Virus record (IMG/VR): IMGVR_UViG_3300037071_000511 | Location: 1-59,921 of that record | Direction: 5' to 3' (one strand) | DNA: 59,921 nt | Origin: a virus | Taxonomy: Duplodnaviria > Caudoviricetes | Shown: piece after piece, positions 1-10,295 of the stretch | Numbering within the stretch: position 1 is the stretch's first letter | How the letters are laid out: each line of letters begins with the position of its first letter | The notes under the pieces: generated by a model | The model's database searches: none | The model's input: only the letters and a program-made list of their open reading frames with translations | What the model was told of the DNA's origin: nothing | Position numbers and translations under genes: made by a program

Positions 1-177
1 GGTCACCACATTGCCGGTCTTGTCGACAGTGAATTTGTCGATCGTCCCAACCTGCAACTGCAGCAGCATCGAGCCCGCAGCCGAGGCCGCGTTGGTGACG
101 TTCATCTTGATCCCGGCATAGGTCGTGCCCACCGAGTTCCAGATAGCCGTCATCGCGTTGATATATTGATTGGCCAT
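1..177 (-). CDS. Tail/virion protein, 5' part (runs off window start)
   Basis: ATG at 177 just after the nozzle stop, with GAGG RBS; reads MANQYINAMTAIWNSVGTTYAGIKMNVTNAAS..., open to position 1. Confidence 0.65.
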   Translation of the reverse strand, partial: MANQYINAMTAIWNSVGTTYAGIKMNVTNAASAAGSMLLQLQVGTIDKFTVDKTGNVVT

Positions 178-180
178 CGC

Positions 181-2058
181 TTACCTCTTCAGGCGGCGTC
201 GGGAAAAATTGTAGGTCTGTGACGAGAGCGTGTGCTGCCGGGCAGTCGCCGAGTTGTGAACCAGCGTGGCCGCGATGTTGGGGCCAATCCCAGAGAGGTG
301 ATATTCCAATCGCCCCTCGATCGGCTGGGTCCAGTCAATCTCCGAATAGTTGTCCGTGCTGATGATCGAGGTGCCAGCATCGACGTCGACAGTCGTTACC
401 GCACCGCCGTCTCCGCGTGCGTAATCAGTATGGAAAGCCACCCCCATCGTGATGTCGTCAGGAGTGTCTACCTCGAAGGCCACCTTCATCCAGCGGGTGT
501 GCTGTGACGGCGATCCGGCGGCGGTGAAGGGAAGCCGGATGTAGCTCTTGATCGCCGCTCCATCGAAAGAGGTGCCGCGATTCATCTCGTAGACGTAGCC
601 GTCAGTAGCGCCGACAAACAGGCGATCGCCCGCGCCATTCTCGATCTCGCCCGAGCAAGCGCAGAAGACTTGGATCGGCAGATTGAACGGCAGCGCCTCC
701 GGGTTCTTGCGGCCGATATACAGGGTGATGCCTGACCCATCGTCCCAGAACAGCCGGTATTGATCCTTGGCCTTGACCAGCAGCGAGGCGGTCGCGATGG
801 CCCCGGTATCCAGCTTCTGCCGGATCAGCCGCTCGATCGACTGCGTCAGCGTTCCCATGCGCCAGTCACCAAACGACGCCGACGCCGACAGTGAGTGGAC
901 ACCGCCGTCATCCAGATAGACCGGCGTGTCCAGCATCTGCGCGCTATAGGGCTGGGCACCTGCATGGTCGGTGATCGGATTGAGCACGAAGGTCGAGGAA
1001 TCCTGCCCGGTGAGATAGTCGATGCGGTTCTGCCCGAAGATCACCATCGAGGTCGACGCCGCCGTCAGCAGCCCGGTGACGCCCTCGCCAAAGGCCATCT
1101 CGCCCGCGCCCAGCGTGGTCTGAAATTCCAGCGGCTCGCCGAGCGCCGAGTTGAGGATCGTGCCCGACGTATAGCCAAGGAACAGGTGGTTCGCGAAGTG
1201 GGTGATGTAGGAGGGCGAATCGAACAGCGCCGACATGAGGATCGTGTCACCATTGACGGCGAGGATGTTGTCCCCATTGGCCGCGAGCAGAAGGACGAGA
1301 TCGACCGGCGTGCCCTCGCTGATGCCCGTCTGGATCGGCACCAGCACGCCAGCCCCGTCCCATTCGAAGGCGGTGTCGGCACCGTTGGCGAAATACATAT
1401 GGGAGCGTGATGCCGCCCCATAGAAATTGTGGTTGGTGAAATCGTAGCGACCGCCGTCACGAATGGAGATCGGCAGCACCGTCGACAGGCCAGAGGCCGA
1501 GCCGCCGCTGTCAGAGCCGGATATGATTTCGTTGCCAAAGACGCCCACCTGCTTGGAGATGATCAGGTAGCCTTCCGCGGTGCCGCTCCATGCGCCTTTG
1601 CGCAGGACGACGCGATCGATATGCGCCATCGCACCCGTGGTCAGGCCTATGACATATTCGCCCACGACGAACTCTTTGGTTCCGGTGTGATACTCCAGCA
1701 CCGAGCCAAAGGTCTGCTTCAGCCAGCCTGCAGCGGTGGCCCGGAACATGCCCGAGGTGCCGTCAGGCTGATCGCGAAAGGCATAGACATAGGTTTCGAA
1801 CACCCACACGCCGCGCACCGGGCCACTGCCGGGAACAGGGGTGATGGCAGCGCGGCGCTCTTCCTGCAGTACCGGGTCGGTCGTATCGGAAGGCCGAGCT
1901 TGCCCATTGAAGCGCTCATGGCCACCCAGTGAGGTGTAGCCTGCAACGTCGGGCTCGTAATTGACGGCGGCAATCGCCCTGCCCGGCGGCAACGCGATCG
2001 GCGGCGTGGCCAGATCGAGGCCACCCGCCATCAGCGAGGTTTGCACTTGGATCGGCAT
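181..2058 (-). CDS. Tail nozzle / tubular protein B-like (P22 gp10/T7 gp12-type beta-propeller)
   Basis: About 625 aa, beta-rich, directly after the adaptor gene; start MPIQVQ at 2058 coupled by TGATG overlap. Confidence 0.65.
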   Translation of the reverse strand: MPIQVQTSLMAGGLDLATPPIALPPGRAIAAVNYEPDVAGYTSLGGHERFNGQARPSDTTDPVLQEERRAAITPVPGSGPVRGVWVFETYVYAFRDQPDGTSGMFRATAAGWLKQTFGSVLEYHTGTKEFVVGEYVIGLTTGAMAHIDRVVLRKGAWSGTAEGYLIISKQVGVFGNEIISGSDSGGSASGLSTVLPISIRDGGRYDFTNHNFYGAASRSHMYFANGADTAFEWDGAGVLVPIQTGISEGTPVDLVLLLAANGDNILAVNGDTILMSALFDSPSYITHFANHLFLGYTSGTILNSALGEPLEFQTTLGAGEMAFGEGVTGLLTAASTSMVIFGQNRIDYLTGQDSSTFVLNPITDHAGAQPYSAQMLDTPVYLDDGGVHSLSASASFGDWRMGTLTQSIERLIRQKLDTGAIATASLLVKAKDQYRLFWDDGSGITLYIGRKNPEALPFNLPIQVFCACSGEIENGAGDRLFVGATDGYVYEMNRGTSFDGAAIKSYIRLPFTAAGSPSQHTRWMKVAFEVDTPDDITMGVAFHTDYARGDGGAVTTVDVDAGTSIISTDNYSEIDWTQPIEGRLEYHLSGIGPNIAATLVHNSATARQHTLSSQTYNFSRRRLKR

Positions 2059-2768
2059 CAGGCCAGTGGTGCCCCCCATTTCGTATGGGGAAGCTGGTGC
2101 AGTTCCAGCATCGACCAGTTGGGCAGCATGCGCAGCCGGTAGACTGGAATCCGCGGCCCCTCGTCAAAGCCTTCGAGGTAGGACAGCGCCACGTCCTTGA
2201 TCAGCGTGTGGAACTCTGACGGCATCTCGGGGATGTCGCTGTCCAAGGTCAGGTACTGCGGACTTTTGCGGTACTTGCCGCGTAACGTGAAGATGTCATC
2301 GGGGATCGGCGACAGCACCAGCTTGTTGTCGAGGCTGATGGTGTAGAACTGCGGCTTGCCGGGCGTCTGCGGCCCGCGCCCCTGCGTCTCGTAGAAGCGA
2401 TCGACATCCAACCAACGCAGCGGCCCCTCTTCCGCCGCGCCGATCGCAGTGGGGAAGATAGACAGGCCTATGTCGGACCCATCTTCCTTGAATCCCCACT
2501 GAGAAAATCGGGTGATCGGAGTGTTGGTGCGCTCGTCGGTGAAGCCCGTGCCCTGATAAAACCGCTCACCGATTACGGTCTGCCCGGTGAAGCGGCTGTT
2601 CAGCCAGCGCCACATGCGATGCGCGTTCTGGATGTCGAGATAGCCTTCTGAGACGAAGTCCACGATCTGCTTCAGGCGATTGGCCTGCCCGATCACGGTG
2701 GTCGGCAGCACCCCTTGGATGGTGCCGGATTGCTGTACCGTCATCCGGGCAAGCTCAAGGAAGTTCAT
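2058..2768 (-). CDS. Head-tail adaptor / tubular protein A-like
   Basis: MNFLELARM start, W-x-W motif, P..Y....L.L.P.PD and P.MP.EFH motifs; position between capsid genes and nozzle. Confidence 0.7.
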   Translation of the reverse strand: MNFLELARMTVQQSGTIQGVLPTTVIGQANRLKQIVDFVSEGYLDIQNAHRMWRWLNSRFTGQTVIGERFYQGTGFTDERTNTPITRFSQWGFKEDGSDIGLSIFPTAIGAAEEGPLRWLDVDRFYETQGRGPQTPGKPQFYTISLDNKLVLSPIPDDIFTLRGKYRKSPQYLTLDSDIPEMPSEFHTLIKDVALSYLEGFDEGPRIPVYRLRMLPNWSMLELHQLPHTKWGAPLA

Positions 2769-3340
2769 GCGGCAGCATCCTCTTCCTCTTCTTCGTCTTC
2801 CCGCTCTGCGTCGGCCAAGGCCAGCGCTGCCGCCTCGATCTCAGCCGCCCGCGCCTTCTCTGCCTTGGTCAGGGGTTTCTCGATCACGAACACCGACACC
2901 GGGTATTCCGGCACCTTGCGATAGCCGGTGATGTTCGAGTCCTGATCCGTCTCCGCGATGTGCGCCACGGCGTTCTGCAGGGCGTGGTAGTACTTGTAAT
3001 CGACCCAGCACGTCTGAGCCCGGGGGATCAGGATGTGGATGCCGTTGACCGAGCAGAAGACCGGCTCGTTGCCGCCCGGCTTTTCCTGTAGCTCGATGCG
3101 CAACTGGACGCTGCGCTTGGCTTCGAGATGCCGCGCCCGGGGCGGTTCAACGCGCTGGATCGGGGCATCTTCCTTGCCGTCATCGATCTCGACGAAGTCG
3201 GTGGGGAAGCCAGCTTGCGCCAGCTTCGCCTTGATACCGGCTACGCCCAATCGAGGATTGACGTCCAACCCCATGTTGGCGGTGACGTGCTCTGCGAGAG
3301 CCGTAGCGCTCATGAGGTCGATTGGGATTCGTTGTCTCAT
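2765..3340 (-). CDS. Hypothetical morphogenesis protein
   Basis: 191-aa ORF coupled to both neighbours; V-x-VNG motif, acidic tail. Confidence 0.6.
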   Translation of the reverse strand: MRQRIPIDLMSATALAEHVTANMGLDVNPRLGVAGIKAKLAQAGFPTDFVEIDDGKEDAPIQRVEPPRARHLEAKRSVQLRIELQEKPGGNEPVFCSVNGIHILIPRAQTCWVDYKYYHALQNAVAHIAETDQDSNITGYRKVPEYPVSVFVIEKPLTKAEKARAAEIEAAALALADAEREDEEEEEDAAA

Positions 3341-3579
3341 TTCACCGCCTCGACTGTGCCATCTGCCTTGATGGTGACTTCGGTTGGGGGTTCTGGCGGG
3401 GAGCCAGCGGGAGGAGGAACTGGCTCCCCTGTAACCCGCTCCTCCGGTTGTGGAGCCTCTTCAGGAGCAGGGTTTTCTTCGGCGTCGTCGTCGCCGTTTT
3501 CGTCGTCTTCGATTTCCTCGTCGGGCTCGTCAGGATTCTTTTGGGCCTTTTCCTTTTTAGGCGCGGCTTTCTTGGCCAT
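3337..3579 (-). CDS. Small acidic/Pro-rich protein
   Basis: GGAGGA RBS before MAKKAAPKK at 3579. Confidence 0.6.
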   Translation of the reverse strand: MAKKAAPKKEKAQKNPDEPDEEIEDDENGDDDAEENPAPEEAPQPEERVTGEPVPPPAGSPPEPPTEVTIKADGTVEAVK

Positions 3580-3640
3580 GTTAATTTCCTCCGTGGAATT
3601 TGAGGGGAACCGGGCAGGGATGTCCCGCCCGGGTAGTTCG

Positions 3641-4147
3641 TCAGGCCCAAGGCCCAACTACGGACGCGGACGTGGTTGAGGCCAAGAGGCCGTCGACCAG
3701 CCACAGGTTGGTCGCGATGTCGGTGAAGGTGAGCACCGTCCCCTTCTGCCCGCCGGATGCCGCAACCAGCGTGATAAGCGCGTTGGTGCCACCAACCGCG
3801 TGAGACGAACCCGCACCGAATGTGGCCGTCCCGTAGGTCAGCAGGCCCGTCATGAAGTCGGCAGCGGACGCCGTCTTGATGATGCCGTTGCCGCTGGTGA
3901 TCGCCGTCGAGATGACCACCCGGACAACGTTCTGACTGCCGGTAGCTGGCGGCAGGGTGAAGACGAACCCGCCGGTCGGCTTGTTGATCAGGGTAGTGCC
4001 GGTCGTCAGGGTGCCGCTCACCTGTGCGGTGGCGGGACTGCTTATCGGACTCGATCCGCCCTCGCGCAGGTAGCGCTCAAGCGCAGTATCATCGCCCGAA
4101 AAGATCGCCTTCCGCGCGGCAGCGGCTTCTAGTGGAGTGAATGGCAT
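3641..4147 (-). CDS. Virion structural protein (decoration-like)
   Basis: Thr/Gly/Ala-rich, AAGGAG RBS, in the head gene cluster. Confidence 0.55.
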   Translation of the reverse strand: MPFTPLEAAAARKAIFSGDDTALERYLREGGSSPISSPATAQVSGTLTTGTTLINKPTGGFVFTLPPATGSQNVVRVVISTAITSGNGIIKTASAADFMTGLLTYGTATFGAGSSHAVGGTNALITLVAASGGQKGTVLTFTDIATNLWLVDGLLASTTSASVVGPWA

Positions 4148-4158
4148 GTGCGTTCTCC

Positions 4159-4728
4159 TTATGCGTCATCACGGAAAGCGCGCCACCGGAACAGCTTGCC
4201 TGCAGCCGCGAGCGTCGAGCCAACGGTGAAGCCCCTGCTGGTCGCCGCCGTCGTGCCCTCGAAGCGAGAGATGAAGGTGGCACCTGCCGTCACGGCCGTT
4301 GACTGCGTGGTGATCGACACGTTGTGGACGACTGCGGGGGTGATCGTGGCATCGTCAGTGCCAATCGAGCCGGTGGCCGGGTTGGTGATGACGATGTTTT
4401 CCGAGCCGAAGGCGTTGACGAGCGTGCCTTCCACCAACGTGAAGTTTCCGGCCGCCGTGCCTGCGGCATAGGTGCCAGACATAAGCTGCACGGAATCGAT
4501 CGTGGCCGTGGCACCCGTGGTCGCGCCCCGGATGGTGGACCCAGCGACAGGCACCGCCGTGCCGCCAGAGGTGAACGGCACCACCCACGGGATCAGGTAT
4601 GCGATCTGGACGTTGGTGCCGTCTGTTGCGTTGTAGAGTTCGACGGAGTTTGGAATCCAGCCGAGTTCGACGTTGACGGTCGCGCCAGTTCCGGTGAACG
4701 ACCCACTTTTGGAATTGCCCTTCGCCAT
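4159..4728 (-). CDS. Capsid decoration/minor head protein
   Basis: Follows the MCP; GSFTGTG...ELGW-x-P start; AAGGAG RBS. Confidence 0.55.
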   Translation of the reverse strand: MAKGNSKSGSFTGTGATVNVELGWIPNSVELYNATDGTNVQIAYLIPWVVPFTSGGTAVPVAGSTIRGATTGATATIDSVQLMSGTYAAGTAAGNFTLVEGTLVNAFGSENIVITNPATGSIGTDDATITPAVVHNVSITTQSTAVTAGATFISRFEGTTAATSRGFTVGSTLAAAGKLFRWRAFRDDA

Positions 4729-4751
4729 TGTGAAGGCTCCTTATTCGGTTG

Positions 4752-4777
4752 AAAAAAGACGGCGGTTTCCCGCCGCC
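4752..4777 (-). terminator. Rho-independent terminator after major capsid gene
   Basis: Minus strand GGCGGCGG-GAAA-CCGCCGTC followed by T6. Confidence 0.8.
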
Positions 4778-4788
4778 AGTTTGAGGCG

Positions 4789-5787
4789 TCAGAGTGCCGA
4801 CACGGCGACTTCGAGCCGCGACATCCAAGCCTGATTGAGGATCAGGGCGGCGTGCCACGTTTTCCAACCGACGTACCCACGCTGACCGAGCGGATCGTCT
4901 TTGGTCTTCTGTCCAACCGGGATGATCGTCGGAGACACAGCACCTTGGCCGCGCAACGCCACCATGCCCCAAGCGTCCTGCCCGAAGATGATCACCGGGT
5001 AGACGTCGGCGTTGGTGCCGCTGGTCGATACCATCGTGCCCTTCGCGCCACCGGCATCGAGGAACGGGTTGAGGTCGGGCGACAGGATGTAGCGAACGTC
5101 CTCGCATGAGCCGATCTCGTATTCCGAAATCGGATTGCGGGTGCCGTACTCGGCCACCGTCTTGAAGCCCGGCAGGTTGCGGATGTCGGATTCGACGTCG
5201 GTGTGAGCCACGGCGACGAAAGCCGCTTCGACCGCGCGCGTGCCGTAGTCGGATGACGGCGACAGCGAGCGCGTGATCTTCTGCGCCTTCAGGCTCTTCA
5301 GCGACCGCAACACCGCGCGCTGTTTGGCCAGCGTGATCGGGGTGTTGACGTCGGTGCGCTGCGTGCCGTTGGCGTAGTAGACCGAGGTGCCTGCGCGAAC
5401 GATGCCGTAGTTCAAGGCCTCGATGGTGCGGCCGATATTCTCGCCTGCCTGAACGCTTGCATCGTTCAGCACCGGGTCTTCATGCAAATCTTCTATTTTG
5501 TCAGTAACAACAACGACTTGGCCATACTGGCGAAGGGTCGCTGAGACATCCTCATAGGAGAACTGCGTCTCGGTCGGGGTGACGCCCTCGACCAATGGTG
5601 TCGTTGCGGCCGAGAACACTTTCGGACGCCGGAACTTGATGGTGTCCGTCTTGTTCTTCGGCATCGGCTTTGAAAGGCCGAGCTTCTCCAAGACCATGAC
5701 CGGCTTGGCATAACGGAGCATCTGGCGCTCCGCGTAAACATTAGTCCGTGGAGATATGCCACCATCGGCATAAGCTGTGACAGTCAT
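4789..5787 (-). CDS. Major capsid protein, N4-gp56 family
   Basis: ISPRT..YA...ML, PMPKNK...IKFRR, PLVEGVTP and DPLGQRGYVGWK motifs. Confidence 0.92.
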   Translation of the reverse strand: MTVTAYADGGISPRTNVYAERQMLRYAKPVMVLEKLGLSKPMPKNKTDTIKFRRPKVFSAATTPLVEGVTPTETQFSYEDVSATLRQYGQVVVVTDKIEDLHEDPVLNDASVQAGENIGRTIEALNYGIVRAGTSVYYANGTQRTDVNTPITLAKQRAVLRSLKSLKAQKITRSLSPSSDYGTRAVEAAFVAVAHTDVESDIRNLPGFKTVAEYGTRNPISEYEIGSCEDVRYILSPDLNPFLDAGGAKGTMVSTSGTNADVYPVIIFGQDAWGMVALRGQGAVSPTIIPVGQKTKDDPLGQRGYVGWKTWHAALILNQAWMSRLEVAVSAL

Positions 5788-5820
5788 TGGAGCGGTCCTT
5801 CACTGTGACCGCTCAACCCC

Positions 5821-6792
5821 TCATGCGCTACGCCACTTCTTTTCGTCCGGGTCGATATCCCTAAAACCGTTCCACAACATCTGTGGATCACCATCTTCTG
5901 GAATCCCGCTGACCGTGGGTCTTGTGCCCGCCGATTGCGGTGATGCCGAACCTGCCAGTTGCGCCGCTCGCCGTGGGTTGAGCCTTTGCGTTTGAGCCGC
6001 TGCAGGCTGTGGTGCAACCTGCTGCGGCGGTGGTTGGTTTGACGCAACGAACTGCTTGAAGGCACCCAGCGTCTCGATCGCGCTATAGGGATCGAGGATC
6101 GCTTCCTGATTGGTGATGAAGGCTTGGCGAAGGTAGAGCGGCTGATCGACAATCCATGCGCCGAATGCGGCTCCGTGCTCACGCAAGTAACTATCCCAAC
6201 CCGGATGCTGACGTTCCAGCAACTGTTCGTTGGCCTTGAGTTCTGCGTCCATCTGCTGATCGGCGGCCTCTTGGCGGCTTCTCATCTGGGCGTCGAACTG
6301 TGAAAGCTTTTCCGTGATCGGTGCGAGCGTCTTTTTGAGAGGCTCCGCGATCTCAGGATATTCGGCGGCCAACTCCCCAAGGGTATCGGCGGCCTCTTCC
6401 TTAGCGGTGGCGGGCTGTTGCGCGGCAGCGTCGTTCCGCTCTTTCAACCTGCGCGTATAAGCAGTGATCCGGCCTTCGATCGAGCGGCGGGCGTGCTCAT
6501 TCGTTGCAGATTCCAGCGCTCGTACTTGGGCGTCGTGGGCGGCCTTGAGATCAGGCGGCGCGTTTTCCCAGATGTCGGGCGCGTCTTGCTTGGGTGCGGC
6601 ATCCTGCGCAGGAGCGGCTCCTTCGGCGGGCGCATCATTATCCTTTTCAGGCTTTTCTGCAAACTGGTGGTCGGCCGGGGCTTCCTTGGCCTTCTCCTTG
6701 CCTTCCTCTTCAGCCGCCATTTCGGCCCAGAGTTGCTCGTCAGTTTCATCCGGGGGCTGTTGCTGTGGCTTCTGGTCGGTCATGGTTTCCAT
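5821..6792 (-). CDS. Capsid scaffolding protein
   Basis: Acidic, helical, low-complexity protein immediately upstream of the MCP. Confidence 0.7.
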   Translation of the reverse strand: METMTDQKPQQQPPDETDEQLWAEMAAEEEGKEKAKEAPADHQFAEKPEKDNDAPAEGAAPAQDAAPKQDAPDIWENAPPDLKAAHDAQVRALESATNEHARRSIEGRITAYTRRLKERNDAAAQQPATAKEEAADTLGELAAEYPEIAEPLKKTLAPITEKLSQFDAQMRSRQEAADQQMDAELKANEQLLERQHPGWDSYLREHGAAFGAWIVDQPLYLRQAFITNQEAILDPYSAIETLGAFKQFVASNQPPPQQVAPQPAAAQTQRLNPRRAAQLAGSASPQSAGTRPTVSGIPEDGDPQMLWNGFRDIDPDEKKWRSA

Positions 6793-6798
6793 CCCTTT

Positions 6799-7029
6799 TC
6801 AAATCCCGCTGCGATCGCGGGGCCTCATGTCGATCGGTGTGCTGCTCTGGGTGACCACCGCTGGCTTCACCATGTCCAGTAGCTCGCGCATCGCCGTGAT
6901 GCGGCCGCGCACGAACTGGCTCTCGCCATAGCTCTGGTCGTTCTGTTCGAGCCGGGACCGGCCCTGCTCGATGATCTCGTTGCACTTGGCCGCCACGGCC
7001 CGCCATGTGTCGGTGTAAGCGTCGATCAT
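6799..7029 (-). CDS. Small protein between portal and scaffold
   Basis: AAGGAGG RBS; 76 aa; typical podovirus position. Confidence 0.65.
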   Translation of the reverse strand: MIDAYTDTWRAVAAKCNEIIEQGRSRLEQNDQSYGESQFVRGRITAMRELLDMVKPAVVTQSSTPIDMRPRDRSGI

Positions 7030-7120
7030 TTCCGCCTCCTTGGTTCAAAGGCCGCGAATGGGAATGGCCACATATCGCCCGGCTGGCGGTCGACCCAGCC
7101 GAGGAATCTGAACAGCCGTC

Positions 7121-9541
7121 TCATGCTGCGGTCTTCTTCTTGGAACCACCGGCCGAGACGTAACCGCCCGAGCCTTTCGGCACCTCGCCGCGCGCCCGGG
7201 CCGCCTCCGCATTGCGCTGCTCGATCGCCACCTCGCTCGCGAAAATGCGCTCTTTCGACTGGTGATCCATCTGCTTGCCAGCCAGCATCGCCTCCAGTTC
7301 CTGCAGGCTCATGTTGAGCTTGGCCGCCGTCTGGTTCATCTGGCTGTCGTAGTTCAGCTTGGCGATCTTCTCGCGCGAAGCGTTGGCCTGATTGGCCAGC
7401 GCCACCTGCATCTCCATCCTGCGAGCTTCGACTTCGGCCTTGGCCTGCTCTTGCGCTGCCGCTGCCTGTGCCGCCGCGTCGGCCTCGCTCTGCTGCGCCG
7501 CTGCCGCCAGCACTGCGTCGATCTCGTCGTCGGACAGCATCACCTCGTCGGCCGGGATCATGTAGCTCTGGAATATCTTGCGGAGCAGTTCGCGGTTGCG
7601 CAGCATCGGACCAAAGATCGGATGCCCGCCTAGCTGGATGGCGATCACCATCAGGTTCTGCGCCTGCATCTCACGCATGAGCAGGACGGAACTGCCGCGC
7701 GCGTCAACCTCGTAATCGCCCTTGATTTCGGGCTTCTCGTTGAACTGCATGTTCCAGTCGTAGGCCCGCCGGATGTCGGGCGTGGTGACGTCGTCATCGA
7801 AATTCTTGACGATCGCCCGGAACACCGTGTTGGCCGAGTTGTGCAGGAGCGCCATGCCGGTCGCCGTCTGCTGCATCTGGTTCGCGCCCACCTCGCCCAT
7901 CTGACCCTGAATGATCTGCGGCACCGCCGACATCGTGTCGATGAACTGGCTGCACAGCATGATGATGTTGGTCAGTTCCTCCTGCCGGGTTTCGACGTGG
8001 AATAGCTGGAACGGCGGGTTCTCCTTCTGGATGCCGTTCTTGGCAATCCAAATCTTGCGCGGCTTGAGCCGATAGTCGCCGTCTTCCGGCTCGATGTTCT
8101 GCGTGTCGATGATGATCTGCGGGCCGCTCGACACCCCGGCGTTGTCCATCATGGCCCGGAACGCGCCATTCATCGCCGACTGCGGATCGCGGATGATCGC
8201 GGGCATGCCGTAGCCAAAGATCGAGGCTTCGTCCTTGACCAGATTGAACACCGAATAGATGCACTCGCCGCTGTCGTAGGGGTACATCGCGAACTTGAGA
8301 ATCTCGCCCTGACAGAACCAGATGCAGGCATTGACCGAGGTCAGCGGGTCAACCTCTTCCACCTGCTTCAGCGCCTCGTCGGCGATCCCGGTGACGGTCG
8401 TGTCCCGGCTCATCAGCATCGACAGCGCGATGTCGCGCATGTCCTCTGGTTCGAGCGGGCCGTAGTACTCGAACACATGGTAGAGGTCGCCGGTCACCTG
8501 CTGGGTGGCGGCGCGGATGTTGCGCAGTTGCGCAAGGTAGGCTGGGGCCGAGGTCGACGGTGCCAGTTGCAGCAACCGGCGGATCGCATCCTTGTCGAAT
8601 CCATCGAGATGCTGAAGCTCGCGCAGCCGCTTGCGGTTCAGCAAATGGCGCTCGAAGGTGCCGCTCGATTCCTCGATGCAGGTAGAGTCCATGTCGGGGA
8701 AGAAGCCCCAGATGTCGACGTAGCGGTAGGCTGGCTGCGAGCCGGTCGAGACGTCGAGCTTGTGCTCGCCGGTCTGCTGGTCCTGCTTCCAGCCGCGCCG
8801 CACCTTGTCGCCGGTCACCGGGCCCTTGGTCACCCCGGTGCCGAGCTTGACCGTGCAATCGATCTGTTGGCGCTTGACGGTCTGGTAGCGGCATTCCGTC
8901 AACTGGTCATCGATCTCCTTCTCCATCAGGTCGGCGCGCTTGCGGCCTTCCTCCAACCGGGCGTTGAGCACCGAGGCCGCTTGCTTGGCTTCGTCGGCCT
9001 GCTGCTGCGCGGCAGCGGCCTGCTGCTGCATGCCAGCCACCTGTTCCGGCGGGACCGGCGCTTGCGGCGGTTGCCCGGCCTGCGGCGGTGCCGCGGCCTG
9101 ATCGGCCTGTGCCTGCGCCTGTGAAGCCTGCTCCTGCTTCTGCCGGAAATCGGCCGCTGCCTTTTCCGCGCTTTCAGCCAGCGTCGGAACCGGCGTGGGA
9201 CTGATGCCCCAGTTCTTGTCGTCGGTCGGAAACAGGAGGTCTTTCAGCCGCGCCGCCAGCGCATCGGATTTGGGTCGGGTCATGTTGATGAACAGGCCCG
9301 AGCGCTGCTCATCGAACAGCAACTTGGCGGTCACCTCGTCATAGCGGCCATGATACTGCTCAAGGTCTGCGATCCAGCGAGTTTCGAGCGAGGTGCGCTT
9401 GCCTATCCGGCTGGTCACCTCCGCTTCCATGCGGCCGACGATCTCTTTCAGCCGGTCTTTCGATGGCGGCTTTCGATCGGGCATGGATTGCGGCATTTGC
9501 TGCCCTTGCTGCGGCGGATTCATTACCATCAGGTCGGCCAT
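7121..9541 (-). CDS. Portal protein
   Basis: 806 aa; LFP.D.NW, GTGV.KGP, FFPD and G.G.P...RD.Q motifs; C-terminal coiled coil. Confidence 0.88.
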   Translation of the reverse strand: MADLMVMNPPQQGQQMPQSMPDRKPPSKDRLKEIVGRMEAEVTSRIGKRTSLETRWIADLEQYHGRYDEVTAKLLFDEQRSGLFINMTRPKSDALAARLKDLLFPTDDKNWGISPTPVPTLAESAEKAAADFRQKQEQASQAQAQADQAAAPPQAGQPPQAPVPPEQVAGMQQQAAAAQQQADEAKQAASVLNARLEEGRKRADLMEKEIDDQLTECRYQTVKRQQIDCTVKLGTGVTKGPVTGDKVRRGWKQDQQTGEHKLDVSTGSQPAYRYVDIWGFFPDMDSTCIEESSGTFERHLLNRKRLRELQHLDGFDKDAIRRLLQLAPSTSAPAYLAQLRNIRAATQQVTGDLYHVFEYYGPLEPEDMRDIALSMLMSRDTTVTGIADEALKQVEEVDPLTSVNACIWFCQGEILKFAMYPYDSGECIYSVFNLVKDEASIFGYGMPAIIRDPQSAMNGAFRAMMDNAGVSSGPQIIIDTQNIEPEDGDYRLKPRKIWIAKNGIQKENPPFQLFHVETRQEELTNIIMLCSQFIDTMSAVPQIIQGQMGEVGANQMQQTATGMALLHNSANTVFRAIVKNFDDDVTTPDIRRAYDWNMQFNEKPEIKGDYEVDARGSSVLLMREMQAQNLMVIAIQLGGHPIFGPMLRNRELLRKIFQSYMIPADEVMLSDDEIDAVLAAAAQQSEADAAAQAAAAQEQAKAEVEARRMEMQVALANQANASREKIAKLNYDSQMNQTAAKLNMSLQELEAMLAGKQMDHQSKERIFASEVAIEQRNAEAARARGEVPKGSGGYVSAGGSKKKTAA

Positions 9542-9542
9542 C

Positions 9543-10295
9543 TCAGTACCCTGCTCTCTTGTCTGCGAGGCCTATGCCTGCCCCGCCTTGCCTGCCCTTG
9601 GGTGACGGCAACCCAGCCACCCGTTCCCATGTGCGCCAGAGGTAGCGCATGCAATCCATCAGGTGATCGGCCTGCCCATCCACGATCTTTCCGCGCTCGT
9701 CGCGCTGGTACACCCGGTACTCAGCCTTGAAGCTCTGCAGCGTCGAGAAAATCTTCAACTGCCCGAGCGCCAGCGCCTGCCAGCACGCGATCAACCCGGC
9801 CTCCAGTTCGTTGTTGGCGTCGATCAGGATCAGGCCGAGCGATTGATATTCGGCCTTCAACTGCTTGCCATCCTTCTGGCTCGACCCTTTGGCGGCCGGA
9901 TCGATCGCGCCCCTGATCCACTCACCCCGGGTCTTGATGGCGGTGGCGTGGACGACCGGCAGTTGCTGGCCTTTGTAGTGCTCGCTGTAGAGGTAGATCG
10001 TGCCGTCGACCGGGTTCTGCGCGCCCCACAGCGCGGCCGTCCGGTTCCAGCCGACATCGAGCGCGTAGCCCTTCTTCCAGCCAAACGGGATGGCGAACGG
10101 CTTGACCTCGATGTCGCTGATGGGGATCGGGTAGATCACCCCCGAACCCATCGTCGGCTCGCCCTTCGAGCGCGCGTCCCGCAGGTATTCCGGCGTCGAG
10201 TCGAGCAGTTCCTGCTTGGTCTTCTCGTCCAGATGCGGGACGCTGTCCCACCCGGCCTGCACGACGTACCGGGATGGAGAAACCTCGCCCATCAT
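9543..10295 (-). CDS. terL: Terminase large subunit, C-terminal nuclease half (P22-like)
   Basis: AGWDSVPHL, ARSKGEP..GSG.IYP, ALDVGW and DHLMDCMRY RNase H-fold motifs; ATG at 10295 overlaps the upstream TGA. Confidence 0.88.
   Translation of the reverse strand: MMGEVSPSRYVVQAGWDSVPHLDEKTKQELLDSTPEYLRDARSKGEPTMGSGVIYPIPISDIEVKPFAIPFGWKKGYALDVGWNRTAALWGAQNPVDGTIYLYSEHYKGQQLPVVHATAIKTRGEWIRGAIDPAAKGSSQKDGKQLKAEYQSLGLILIDANNELEAGLIACWQALALGQLKIFSTLQSFKAEYRVYQRDERGKIVDGQADHLMDCMRYLWRTWERVAGLPSPKGRQGGAGIGLADKRAGY

Noticed and set aside
4789-5787. Classification as a true N4-like phage
   Set aside because: Only the MCP and gp49 families match; no virion RNA polymerase or DNA polymerase motifs, and the terminase is P22-type.
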